Part shown: positions 36,932-46,239 of the stretch, piece by piece
How positions within the stretch are numbered: the stretch's first letter is position 1
How the letters are laid out: every line of letters begins with the position of its first letter
DNA from: Candidatus Iainarchaeum sp.
Lineage (GTDB): Archaea; Iainarchaeota; Iainarchaeia; Iainarchaeales; VGJJ01
DNA length: 49,109 nucleotides
Direction of reading: 5' to 3'
Assembly: GCA_016867455.1 (NCBI GenBank)
Contig: VGJJ01000003.1
Location: 1 to 49,109 of the forward strand
Translations under genes and position numbers: made by a program
Notes under the pieces: generated by a model
Databases searched by the model: none
What the model saw: only the letters and a program-made list of their open reading frames with translations
What the model was told of the DNA's origin: nothing

Positions 36932-37405
36932 ATGGGACAAGCCGAACGCGACCGAATTCTTGCGAAATTTAATGAATTAAACATTCCATTCGAACACCTC
37001 AGACACGAACCCGTGTACACATCGGAACAAGCCATGCGCGCACGCAAAGGAGAATTGCACAATGGAGTGAAAGCCATGGTTTGCAAAACCGAACGAGGAA
37101 CGATTCTCGCATTACTTGCCGCGGACTTGCAATTAGACATGGAAAAACTTGCCAAACTCATTTTGTTCAAAAAATTATCCTTAGGAAGCAAGGAAAGAGT
37201 TCTCACTGCCACGAATTGCGAACCCGGGAGTGTGCCACCATTTGGTTTCTCGCAACCTTTACCCACTTACATTGATGAATCCGTGTTCGACCATGAATGG
37301 GCGGAATTCAACATTGGACTTGTAACCGAGAGCGTGAAAGTCAAAACGGTAGACCTGAGGCGCATCCTTGCCCAACGCCTCCTTTCTTTTGCCCAAAAGC
37401 CATGA
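36932..37405 (+). CDS. YbaK/ProX-family aminoacyl-tRNA deacylase
   Basis: HEPVYTSEQA, VKAMV, PGSVPPFG and FNIG motifs. Confidence 0.88.
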   Translation: MGQAERDRILAKFNELNIPFEHLRHEPVYTSEQAMRARKGELHNGVKAMVCKTERGTILALLAADLQLDMEKLAKLILFKKLSLGSKERVLTATNCEPGSVPPFGFSQPLPTYIDESVFDHEWAEFNIGLVTESVKVKTVDLRRILAQRLLSFAQKP

Positions 37406-37523
37406 AAAAGGACCATTTTGACTATTTCAAATAGCCCATCAGACGCAGTCTATTTTCCCGCCCCACGGGGTTGCTTTATAATCCCTTCCCAGGGGTTTTC
37501 ACGTATACACGGCCAAAAAAGGC

Positions 37524-37556
37524 CCGATGAACCACTCTCAACAAGGGGTGGCGAGG
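37524..37556 (+). promoter_or_regulatory. K-turn in the rpl7ae 5' UTR overlapping the SD
   Basis: CC-GAT-GA-A-CCACTCT...GGGGTGG-C-GA-GG: 3-nt bulge, tandem GA/AG pairs and a 7-bp stem. Confidence 0.7.
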
Positions 37557-37566
37557 TGAAAAAAAC

Positions 37567-37932
37567 ATGTCTAAAGACCATTTTGAAGTTCCTGCCGAAC
37601 TCAAAGAAAAACAAGCCGAATTCTTACAAGAATTGGTCAAAAAGAAAGGAAAATACCGCATTGGCGTGAATGAGGTCACCAAAGCCATTGAACGAGACAC
37701 CGCGAAATTAGTTTTCCTCGCGAAAGACGTTTCTCCAGCCGAATTAATCATGCACATCCCCTTGTTATGCAAGGAAAAGAAAGTCCCTTTTACCTTTGTG
37801 GATACGCGCAAAGACTTAGGAAACGCTATCGGAATCGGAGTCGGAGCGGCTGCCATCGCTGTCGTTGAAGCCGGCGATTCCCAACAAAACCTCGAACAAA
37901 TCGTCAAAAAAGTCCAGGCATTGGGGAAATAA
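37567..37932 (+). CDS. rpl7ae: Ribosomal protein L7Ae
   Basis: GVNEVTKAIER, DVSP.E and LCKEK motifs. Confidence 0.97.
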   Translation: MSKDHFEVPAELKEKQAEFLQELVKKKGKYRIGVNEVTKAIERDTAKLVFLAKDVSPAELIMHIPLLCKEKKVPFTFVDTRKDLGNAIGIGVGAAAIAVVEAGDSQQNLEQIVKKVQALGK

Positions 37933-37934
37933 TA

Positions 37935-37964
37935 CAAACTTTTTAGGAAAAAGTTTGATCAAAA
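37935..37964 (+). repeat. Hairpin element CAAACTTTTT-AGG-AAAAAGTTTG-ATCAAAA
   Basis: Near-identical to 29220-29247. Confidence 0.85.
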
Positions 37965-37992
37965 AACGGAAAAACAAAAATGGTGAAACACT

Positions 37993-38202
37993 ATGGCTGA
38001 AATCGGAACCCCTGCTGAAGTCGTTGAAGTCGTCAAGCGAACGGGAGTACATGGAGAAATATCCCAAGTACTTTGCCGCATTTTAGACGGTCCCGAAAAA
38101 GGACGCGTAAAACGACGCAACGTCAAAGGATTATTGCGAGTCGGAGACAAACTCATCTTACTAAACACGGAGCGCGAAGCCAAAGAAATTCGCGCCCACT
38201 AA
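37993..38202 (+). CDS. rps28e: Ribosomal protein S28e
   Basis: PAEVVEV..RTG..GE, RNVKG..R.GD, TEREA. Confidence 0.96.
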   Translation: MAEIGTPAEVVEVVKRTGVHGEISQVLCRILDGPEKGRVKRRNVKGLLRVGDKLILLNTEREAKEIRAH

Positions 38203-38217
38203 TAGGGGGAATGAAAA

Positions 38218-38448
38218 ATGGGTTGTTCATTTTGCGGAAAAAACATTCCTCGCGGAACAGGATTCATGTTCGTACGAAAAACAGGACAAGTATACACGTT
38301 CTGCTCTCGAAAATGCGAACACAACATGATTCACTTAGAACGACAATCACGCAAAACACGATGGACGAAAGAATTTGCTAAAACAAAAGCATCCAACTTA
38401 TCCATCCGTGAACACGCCCAAAAAGCAAAAGAAAACGTGAAAGAATAA
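38218..38448 (+). CDS. rpl24e: Ribosomal protein L24e
   Basis: CSFCG..I.RGTG...FCSRKC...WT. Confidence 0.96.
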   Translation: MGCSFCGKNIPRGTGFMFVRKTGQVYTFCSRKCEHNMIHLERQSRKTRWTKEFAKTKASNLSIREHAQKAKENVKE

Positions 38449-38461
38449 CTCAAACAGGAAG

Positions 38462-38965
38462 ATGAGCGCGATGATGGAACGAACATTGGTGTTATTGAAA
38501 CCCGATGCCGTACAGCGCGCACTCACAGGACGTATTATTCAACGATTTGAAGACGTGGGATTGAAAATCATTGGAATGAAACTCGTTCAAGCCAGTCGAG
38601 AACACGCCACAACGCATTATGCGGACGTGGGCGTGCGACGCGGAGCCAAAATTTTGGAACAAAACGTGAACTTTTTACAAGAAGGACCCGTTGTGGCCAT
38701 GGTATTAGAGGGAATCCAAGCCATTGAACTCGTACGAAAAATGGTCGGCAGTACCGAATCAAAAGCTGCACCACCCGGAACCATCCGAGGGGATTTTTCG
38801 CACCAATCGTATGCGTACGCGGACACGCACAATATGGTCATCAAGAATTTGATTCACGCTTCCTCTTCACAAGACGACGCCAAAAAAGAAATCGCATTGT
38901 GGTTCAGTGAAAAAGAATTGTACGCATACAAATCCGTTCACGAAAAACACACATTTGGAAAATAA
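38462..38965 (+). CDS. ndk: Nucleoside diphosphate kinase
   Basis: ERTLVLLKPDAVQR, PGTIRGDF, NLIHAS. Confidence 0.97.
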   Translation: MSAMMERTLVLLKPDAVQRALTGRIIQRFEDVGLKIIGMKLVQASREHATTHYADVGVRRGAKILEQNVNFLQEGPVVAMVLEGIQAIELVRKMVGSTESKAAPPGTIRGDFSHQSYAYADTHNMVIKNLIHASSSQDDAKKEIALWFSEKELYAYKSVHEKHTFGK

Positions 38966-39026
38966 TCCCACGCTTGACAGAACACTATTCCAAATGCTTT
39001 TATTTCTCGCAACCGTCTATCATTTC

Positions 39027-39452
39027 ATGCACCTCCGCGTGAAAAAACTCACTCCCACCGCCGTATTGCCCAAATACGCTAATCCCGGTGACGCAGGTCT
39101 GGATATTTATGCCGACGAAACCGTGGTTTTGCAACCGCATGAGAAAAAAACCATCCGTACTGGAATTGCATTCGCACTCCCTCCTAATCACGTGGGATTA
39201 GTCTGGGACAAATCAGGGTTGGCGAGTAAATTTCACTTGCATACCTTCGCAGGGGTCATTGATGAAAGTTATCGCGGAGAATTACAAATCGTGATAGGGA
39301 ATTTTGGCAGTTCCCCTTACGTGGTTGAAAAGGGCAAAAAAATAGCCCAGTTGCTGGTGCAACCTATCGCATACGCGCGCGTGGAAGAAGTAATTGAATT
39401 AGACGAAACCTCGCGCGGGGGCGGGGGATTTGGTAGTACGGGGTTAAACTAA
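39027..39452 (+). CDS. dut: Trimeric dUTPase
   Basis: AGLD, KSGLA, GVIDESYRGE, KIAQL, RGGGGFGSTG. Confidence 0.96.
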   Translation: MHLRVKKLTPTAVLPKYANPGDAGLDIYADETVVLQPHEKKTIRTGIAFALPPNHVGLVWDKSGLASKFHLHTFAGVIDESYRGELQIVIGNFGSSPYVVEKGKKIAQLLVQPIAYARVEEVIELDETSRGGGGFGSTGLN

Positions 39453-39517
39453 TGACTATTTTTCGTTGACTCATTCCGAGAGATTTTAATGCCCTTGCGC
39501 TGTAAGTGGTGTATCCT

Positions 39518-40114
39518 ATGATTCTATCCGATGGCGAAATCAAAGAGCTGATTCAGCAGGGAAACATCTACGTTCCCACGGACAATCATCCCATTGACTT
39601 AGAATTACAATTAGGACCCTCCTCCCTTGATCTGCGATTGGGGCCCGAAATCTTATTGTTTGACAATCATGCCATGCGCATCATCGACCTGAGCGAGAAA
39701 ACCCCTCCCCGCATGAGACGGGTACAAGTGGATGAAAAAGAAGGATTCGTTTTGCATCCGGGAGAATTTGTACTCGGAACCACCCTCGAAGCGGTAAAAG
39801 TGCCCGTTGAACTCGTGGCCCGACTCGAGGGACGCTCTTCTCTCGGACGATTAGGATTAGTTATTCACGCCACCGCCGGATTCATTGACCCCGGTTTTGA
39901 GGGGCAAATTACCCTCGAAATGCAAAACATTGGGAATCAACCCTTGTTATTGCGCCCCTACCAACGCATTTGCCAATTATGCCTCATGCACATGAGCAAA
40001 GTCCCCGAGATCCCCTACTTCAAGAAAAAAGACAACAAATACCACGGACAATTCGGTCCCGTTGCCTCGCGGATAGGCAAAGAACAGCGAAAAACGACTG
40101 GGAATACCCTATAA
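39518..40114 (+). CDS. dcd: dCTP deaminase
   Basis: MILSD, PSSLDLRL, GRSSLGRLG, AGFIDPGFEGQITLE, KYHGQ. Confidence 0.95.
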   Translation: MILSDGEIKELIQQGNIYVPTDNHPIDLELQLGPSSLDLRLGPEILLFDNHAMRIIDLSEKTPPRMRRVQVDEKEGFVLHPGEFVLGTTLEAVKVPVELVARLEGRSSLGRLGLVIHATAGFIDPGFEGQITLEMQNIGNQPLLLRPYQRICQLCLMHMSKVPEIPYFKKKDNKYHGQFGPVASRIGKEQRKTTGNTL

Positions 40115-40198
40115 TGCGCATTCTTTCCTAGAAGCCTCCTTTTTAAACGATTCGCGGGCATTTCTCTATAGAAAGTCACCGCTGGACCCACGATTATT

Positions 40199-40231
40199 TT
40201 TTGGTCGAGCTTTTTGCTCGCAAAAAGGTCG
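40199..40231 (-). repeat. Diverged hairpin element CGACCTTTTTGC-GA-GCAAAAAGCTCG-ACCAAAA
   Basis: Same architecture (T-run/A-run stem plus AYCAAAA tail) as the 29220 and 37935 copies. Confidence 0.55.
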
Positions 40232-40267
40232 CTGGCCGTGACCTATATTCCGGGAAAGTGAAAAAAC

Positions 40268-42052
40268 ATGACCACCACGCTCCACCAGCTGCGCACGCCC
40301 ATTGTCGCCGTATTAGGACACGTGGACGCGGGCAAGACTAGTTTTCTTGACAATGTCCGCTCAACCAATGTCGCGGCCAAAGAAGCCGGTTTCATCACTC
40401 AACACATTGGGGCGACAGAAGTCCCGGTTCAAACCATCAAAGACATTGCCGGACCATTAGTTCAAAAATTCGGATTCAAACTCTCTATTCCCGGATTATT
40501 ATTCATCGACACGCCCGGACACGAGGCATTTACCAATTTGCGCGAACGCGGAAGCAGCATTGCGGATTTAGCCGTATTAATGGTGGACGCCCAAAAAGGA
40601 TTGCAAGCCCAAACCAAAGAAGCCATTACCATTTTGCGCAACTACAAAGTGCCATTCCTCGTGTGCATCAACAAAATCGATTTGATTGACGGATATGAAA
40701 CCAAACCCGGTAGTTTTTTAGCAAATGTAAACACGCAACCAACATATGTACAACAAAAACTCGACGAAAGAGTGTACACGATTTTAGGAGAACTCCACGA
40801 ATTAGGATTCCAAAGCGAACGATTCGACCGGGTTCATGATACGACAAAAGAAATTGCCCTCATCCCCGTGTGTGTGAGTACCGGAGAAGGAATCCCCGAA
40901 ACACTCGTCTTTTTGGCGGGATTGGCGCAGAAGTTTTTGGAGCAAAATCTGAAGCTGGAAGCAGATGGACCAGGAAAAGGAACCTGCTTAGAAGTCCGCG
41001 ACGAAAAAGGACTCGGCACCACACTGGATGTTATTCTGTATGATGGAAAATTGAGTGTAGGCGACGTGTTCGTGGTCGCGGGAAAAAATGGCGTCATCGA
41101 AAGCAAAATCCGCGCCCTCTTACGACCGAACATTTTGACGGACATTCGTGTTGCCGAAAAATTTGTCTCCGTGAAAGACGCGTACGCGGCCACGGGAGTC
41201 AAAATTTCGGCCCCCAATTTGAATGATGCATTAGCGGGAAGTCCCTTTTTAGTAGTGAAAAATGGAAACGAAAAAGAAATCATTGAAAAAGAAGTCAAAC
41301 GCATCAAAATTGAAAGTGACAACGTGGGAATTATCCTCAAAACAGACACCCTCGGAAGCCTCGAAGCACTCGTTAAACTTATTCACTCTCACCACATCAA
41401 AGTCAAGCGCGCCGACGTAGGAGAAATCACGCGGCGAGACGTATTAGAAGCCGCAGCCATTCGAGCCAAGGATCCTTACTTAGGAGTTATCTTCGCATTC
41501 AACACACTCATACAGGACGCGGCACGCAAAGACGCGCAACTCGCACAAATTCCCATTTTCGAAAGCAACATCGTGTACTCGATCACGGAAGAATACGTGA
41601 AATGGGTTCAACAACAAGAAGCCGAGAAAAACAAACGACTGCTTGAACAGGCCATTTTCCCCGCGAAAATACAATTCTTACCCGGTTTTGCATTTCGTAA
41701 TTCTAAACCCGCGGTCGTGGGTGTGCGCGTGGTGGAAGGGCGATTGAAGAACGGCGTCGAACTCATGAATTCAACAGGAGAACTCGTTGGACGTGTACAA
41801 GCGATACAATCCGAAAACGAATCCGTTACCATTGCCGAAAAAAATGCCGAAGTGGCCGTATCCATCAGTGATGCGGTCGTTGGACGCAATCTCTTTGAGA
41901 ATGATGTTTTGTACACTGTTCTAACACCCAACATGCTTGTCACGCTCAAAAAAATAAACGCACAACTATCGGAAGACGAAAAAGATTTGCTTGTTTTCGT
42001 CACTCAACTCAACTCACGCTCCTCAACGAATAACGTAGAGAGGGAGGAATAA
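40268..42052 (+). CDS. infB: Translation initiation factor aIF5B (IF-2)
   Basis: LRTPIVAVLGHVDAGKT, ITQHIGAT, DTPGHEAF, NKID. Confidence 0.97.
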   Translation: MTTTLHQLRTPIVAVLGHVDAGKTSFLDNVRSTNVAAKEAGFITQHIGATEVPVQTIKDIAGPLVQKFGFKLSIPGLLFIDTPGHEAFTNLRERGSSIADLAVLMVDAQKGLQAQTKEAITILRNYKVPFLVCINKIDLIDGYETKPGSFLANVNTQPTYVQQKLDERVYTILGELHELGFQSERFDRVHDTTKEIALIPVCVSTGEGIPETLVFLAGLAQKFLEQNLKLEADGPGKGTCLEVRDEKGLGTTLDVILYDGKLSVGDVFVVAGKNGVIESKIRALLRPNILTDIRVAEKFVSVKDAYAATGVKISAPNLNDALAGSPFLVVKNGNEKEIIEKEVKRIKIESDNVGIILKTDTLGSLEALVKLIHSHHIKVKRADVGEITRRDVLEAAAIRAKDPYLGVIFAFNTLIQDAARKDAQLAQIPIFESNIVYSITEEYVKWVQQQEAEKNKRLLEQAIFPAKIQFLPGFAFRNSKPAVVGVRVVEGRLKNGVELMNSTGELVGRVQAIQSENESVTIAEKNAEVAVSISDAVVGRNLFENDVLYTVLTPNMLVTLKKINAQLSEDEKDLLVFVTQLNSRSSTNNVEREE

Positions 42053-42055
42053 TAC

Positions 42056-42448
42056 ATGAACATCATTGTGTCAGACCCTAAAACAAGGAAAGCCCACGTC
42101 AAGGCCGTAGACACCATGCCCTACCAAGGGATGAAACTAGGACAAGAAGTGGACTTGAGTGAAATAGGACTAGACGGATACAAAGGAATTATTACCGGAG
42201 GAAGCGACAAAACAGGCACGCCCATGCGAGTCAATTTTCCCGGAACCGGACGAAAAAAACTACTCATCTACCCGGGAGTAGGATTTCGCGACGGTGAAAA
42301 AGGAGAACGAAAAAAGAGACCTCTCCGAGGAAACGTGATTGCAAATGATATTCACCAATTGAATATCAAAGTCACTCATGCCGGGAGTAAATCATTGGAC
42401 GAATTATTGCCCGCACAGCCTAAAGAAAAGAAAGAATCCAAGAAGTGA
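42056..42448 (+). CDS. rps6e: Ribosomal protein S6e
   Basis: ITGGSDKTG.PM, GER.K...RGN.I. Confidence 0.96.
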   Translation: MNIIVSDPKTRKAHVKAVDTMPYQGMKLGQEVDLSEIGLDGYKGIITGGSDKTGTPMRVNFPGTGRKKLLIYPGVGFRDGEKGERKKRPLRGNVIANDIHQLNIKVTHAGSKSLDELLPAQPKEKKESKK

Positions 42449-42522
42449 GGGTAGGCTTAAAGAAGCCTTCCTCTCATTTTCCATTCGTCCTTAAGCGATG
42501 AAGACGGGGAAAACCCGATTAA

Positions 42523-43956
42523 ATGATACCTATGCCTCGAACGAAGAAAACCAGTGAACCCATTGCGGGAGAACCAATCCCCGGAACAACTCCCTCTCCT
42601 GCTTCTTCTACGGAAACCAAACCTGTGAAAACCACTAAAACAAGGGTAAAAAAAAGCGGTTTGTCGGCAGCAGGAGCCACTCTTGTCCACGTGCACGAAG
42701 GAAAAGAATCTTCCGCCAGTGAATCAGCTCCCAAAACACATGCCGCAACGGTTTCTACCCATGCGAAAGAAAAAACCATGCAAGCCGAAGTCAACATTGG
42801 ACTTACGGGACACGTGGACCATGGTAAAACCAGTTTAACCAAAGCATTAAGTGGAAAATGGACGGACACCCATTCGGAAGAACTCAAGAGAGGAATATCC
42901 ATTCGATTAGGTTACGCGGACACGACATTCTATGAATACTCGAACGTGAATGGATTGGAAAAATACGGCGTTCACGCCGAAAAAAATGGACACAAAGGAA
43001 AAGTATTGAGAAAAGTCTCATTCATTGATGCGCCGGGACATGAAACACTCATGACGACGATGCTCTCCGGCGCCGCACTCATGCACGGGGCATTGCTTGT
43101 TATTGCGGCGAATGAAACATGCCCCCAACCACGCACCGCGGAACACTTACTAGCATTGCAAATTGGAGGAATCAAAAACATTATTGTGGTGCAAAACAAA
43201 GTAGACTTAGTGGACAAAACCAAAGCCATGCAAAGTTATCACGAAATCAAAAAATTCTTGAAAGAATACGGATACGAGAACGCACCCATCATCCCCATCT
43301 CCGCCAACTTCAATGCCAACATTGATGTGTTGATTAACGCCATCCAGACCCACATTCCCACGCCACATTTTGACGCAAGCAAACCATTGAAAATGTACAT
43401 TTCACGATCATTCGACGTGAACAAACCGGGAACGCCCATTGAAAAACTCCAAGGAGGCGTGTTAGGAGGAAGTATCGTGCAAGGAACACTCTCCCCTCAC
43501 CAAAAAGTAGAAATCACTCCCGGAGTGAATGGAAAACCACTCCTAATTGAAGCATTGTCCCTCAACATATCATCTGGACACTTGAATGAAGCACGACCCG
43601 GTGGTTTGATTGCCATGGGAACGACTCTTGATCCGGGCATTACGAGCATGGACAAATTCAAAGGACAAATTGTGTGCGCACCCGGAACACTCCCTTCTCC
43701 TACTGACTTCCTGAGCATTGACTTTCATGAATTGCCCCGCTTACTCGGAGAAAAATTACCTTACCCCCACACGAAAGAACTCATGGTTTTGACGATTGGA
43801 ACCAACACCTTAGCGGGAGAAATTTCCCTCGTGAAAAAAAACCAAATCGACATGGTATTGAAAGGAAAAATGACGATTGAAAAAGGACAAAAAATAGCCA
43901 TTTCGCGAAGGGACAAAGCCGGCTGGAGATTAGCAGGATGGGGAGTCGCGCGCTGA
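42523..43956 (+). CDS. eif2g: Translation initiation factor aIF2 gamma subunit
   Basis: GHVDHGKT, EELKRGISIRLGY, DAPGHE, QNKVD; conserved core starts at ATG 42778. Confidence 0.95.
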   Translation: MIPMPRTKKTSEPIAGEPIPGTTPSPASSTETKPVKTTKTRVKKSGLSAAGATLVHVHEGKESSASESAPKTHAATVSTHAKEKTMQAEVNIGLTGHVDHGKTSLTKALSGKWTDTHSEELKRGISIRLGYADTTFYEYSNVNGLEKYGVHAEKNGHKGKVLRKVSFIDAPGHETLMTTMLSGAALMHGALLVIAANETCPQPRTAEHLLALQIGGIKNIIVVQNKVDLVDKTKAMQSYHEIKKFLKEYGYENAPIIPISANFNANIDVLINAIQTHIPTPHFDASKPLKMYISRSFDVNKPGTPIEKLQGGVLGGSIVQGTLSPHQKVEITPGVNGKPLLIEALSLNISSGHLNEARPGGLIAMGTTLDPGITSMDKFKGQIVCAPGTLPSPTDFLSIDFHELPRLLGEKLPYPHTKELMVLTIGTNTLAGEISLVKKNQIDMVLKGKMTIEKGQKIAISRRDKAGWRLAGWGVAR

Positions 43957-44042
43957 GGCGCGACACCATTTTATTTTAAATTCCACCGGACGCTCCATGG
44001 ACAACGGCCCACTTTCATAGGCCGTTTTCCACTATTTTCTAT

Positions 44043-44678
44043 TTAGTTCAGCGTTGTGGTCCCAGCACCTACTGCTCCAATCAAACTAGCCAGCATGGCT
44101 CCTGCCATAAATAATCCTAAAATGAATCCCACAATCATCAAGATGACCCATACTACAATGGCTTTTCCAAGACTCAATGCGTTTGCCACTGAGACAAGTA
44201 CCACCATCAAGTACACTGTGTAAAGGAACCAAACTAGATTGATTATTCCTCCAATGTATGGAATCATGGTCACAATAAACATGATGATGTTAACCACGAT
44301 TAATGGAAGAAGTAATTTAGCAGCCAAAAAATAATTTGCATCAAATGAACCATTTCCTCCTAATAATTTGGCAATGAACGCCACGATGTGATAGAAAATG
44401 TAGCTACTAATAACGGTTAGCAGTGCCATGAGAATGGGCATAATAATAATAGCCAAAAAACCCAGGCCGGCAATCAAACCAAAAACATCACTATTTTGAG
44501 TAGCTCCTCCAGCAGCAACACCAATTATTCCTCCTAGAACGGCGAACATGAGTCCAAACAACAGGCCGATAACCGCCCCATAAATGGCAAATCGTTTGTG
44601 CGCCCAATTAACATCTACATTTCTCAGTTCCTGCTCCATCCTCTCTTTGGGATGAATAAGTATTTCAAAAAACTCCAT
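44043..44678 (-). CDS. Yip1-domain membrane protein
   Basis: ILIHP, AKLLGGNGSF and NALSLGKAI motifs; five or more TMs; SD GAGGAG. Confidence 0.85.
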   Translation of the reverse strand: MEFFEILIHPKERMEQELRNVDVNWAHKRFAIYGAVIGLLFGLMFAVLGGIIGVAAGGATQNSDVFGLIAGLGFLAIIIMPILMALLTVISSYIFYHIVAFIAKLLGGNGSFDANYFLAAKLLLPLIVVNIIMFIVTMIPYIGGIINLVWFLYTVYLMVVLVSVANALSLGKAIVVWVILMIVGFILGLFMAGAMLASLIGAVGAGTTTLN

Positions 44679-44769
44679 ATCATCATCTCCTCAATCCACT
44701 GTGTGGAAACTATATCCCGAATAACCTCGTCGTATTTAAGGAATCGTTTCAATAGCTTTTTTTTTATCG

Positions 44770-45729
44770 CTAATTAGTGCCTCGGCACGATCCACTGGCC
44801 GTTAATCCAGTCAAATTTCCCCAGTCGTAGTTAAACTTATACAACAAAGTATAGGTCCCCACTCCCAATGATGGGTGGCTGACTGTCACTGTTTTGGTTT
44901 CATTTGCATTAAATTTATCCGAAAGATTGGTATTTGCTGAAAAGGGTTTTCCCGCACTAGAAACTCCTGAAATTTCGACTGAATTAAACGTAACAGATTG
45001 CCCCGTTTGGTTAACTAACACAAATTGAGACATCTTATCACTGATATTCGATTGGGTGATAACAAATTGACCAAATTTAGAATCGCATTGATCTCCTTGA
45101 ACAGTGCTTGGATTGACGAGTATTAGCAATGCAGTCGAGGCTAATAGAGTGACAATAATAATTCCCGGGAGAAGCAACACCACGAGTGCGCGGAGACGAG
45201 AAATGTTGTTAGCCACTGAAATAACGACTGTCGTAAGATAAATATTGTAAAAATACCAAAAAAACGAAAGAAGGGAACCAATGACCAATCCGAGAATGGG
45301 AATAATATTCAAAATGAAAATAACAATGTTGATGATAATGTTCCCAGCAATGGCGGGCCACAATAATCGCGACCACAAATAATAATTATTTTGGAACGTT
45401 CCCGTTCCGCCTAACAGTTTGGCCAAAAAATGAACGATGTGCATTCCCACATGAGTGAACACGAGTGCGAAAATAGCTCCTAAAATGGGCATGATAAGAA
45501 TAGAAAGCAATCCCAACCCCGCAATGACTCCCACTACTGGGATGTTTTGTAGCATTCCTGCTGCGACTGCGCCAAAAATAATACTAAAAACGGAGAAGAT
45601 GATTCCAAACAACAAGCCAATAATTCCACCATATATTCCAATTGTGCGGTTGGCCTCTTGCATGTTGACATGCTTAACATCTTCCACCATTGTTTCCTGG
45701 GGGCGCAAAACAATATCGAAAAAACTCAT
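44770..45729 (-). CDS. Yip1-domain membrane protein fused to a C-terminal type IV pilin head domain
   Basis: Yip1 motifs (VLRP, AKLLGGTGTF, NNISRLRAL); the last ~120 aa align with the major pilin 30102..30563; SD GGTGAGG. Confidence 0.88.
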   Translation of the reverse strand: MSFFDIVLRPQETMVEDVKHVNMQEANRTIGIYGGIIGLLFGIIFSVFSIIFGAVAAGMLQNIPVVGVIAGLGLLSILIMPILGAIFALVFTHVGMHIVHFLAKLLGGTGTFQNNYYLWSRLLWPAIAGNIIINIVIFILNIIPILGLVIGSLLSFFWYFYNIYLTTVVISVANNISRLRALVVLLLPGIIIVTLLASTALLILVNPSTVQGDQCDSKFGQFVITQSNISDKMSQFVLVNQTGQSVTFNSVEISGVSSAGKPFSANTNLSDKFNANETKTVTVSHPSLGVGTYTLLYKFNYDWGNLTGLTASGSCRGTN

Positions 45730-45839
45730 ACTCATCCTCACCTGTCCACGTAGACTAGGGGAGTAAAACCCCATTCTATTTAAACCAGAGGCGCCAGAGA
45801 AGAATGATAATCAGGTGATTAACTATCGAAAAACCACTT

Positions 45840-46205
45840 GTGGCTCTGGATACCAATTTTCTATTGGATATGGTGCGATTGAAAATACGCATTGAGGAAG
45901 GAATCCAGGAACTGGTGGGTAATCACGTGTTGGTCATGCCTATCCAGGTTAAGCAGGAATTGCAAACACTCTCCACGGAGAAAGGGAAAAATGGGGTGGC
46001 AGCGCGCATTGCATTGGAATTTTTAGCCAAAAATAAGGTCAAAATCGTCTCCGCCAGTGGAGAAAGCGGTGATCAAGCATTGCGCGAATTGGCTCAAAAA
46101 GGCTATATCGTGGCAACCAATGACAAGGACCTGCGCCAAAGCCTTAAAAACACTCCCCAGCGAGTCATTGTCGTACGCCAGTCCAAATACGTGGCCTGGG
46201 CCTAA
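45840..46205 (+). CDS. PIN-domain protein (Fcf1/Utp24-like)
   Basis: LDTNFL, V..EL, GD, VATNDKDLR; conserved position upstream of rpo7. Confidence 0.9.
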   Translation: MALDTNFLLDMVRLKIRIEEGIQELVGNHVLVMPIQVKQELQTLSTEKGKNGVAARIALEFLAKNKVKIVSASGESGDQALRELAQKGYIVATNDKDLRQSLKNTPQRVIVVRQSKYVAWA

Positions 46206-46239
46206 ATAACGCGTTAACCATTCAACAAGGGGTAAAACC

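Noticed and set aside
40268-42052. Intein in aIF5B
   Set aside because: Normal length (594 aa) with an uninterrupted GTPase domain.
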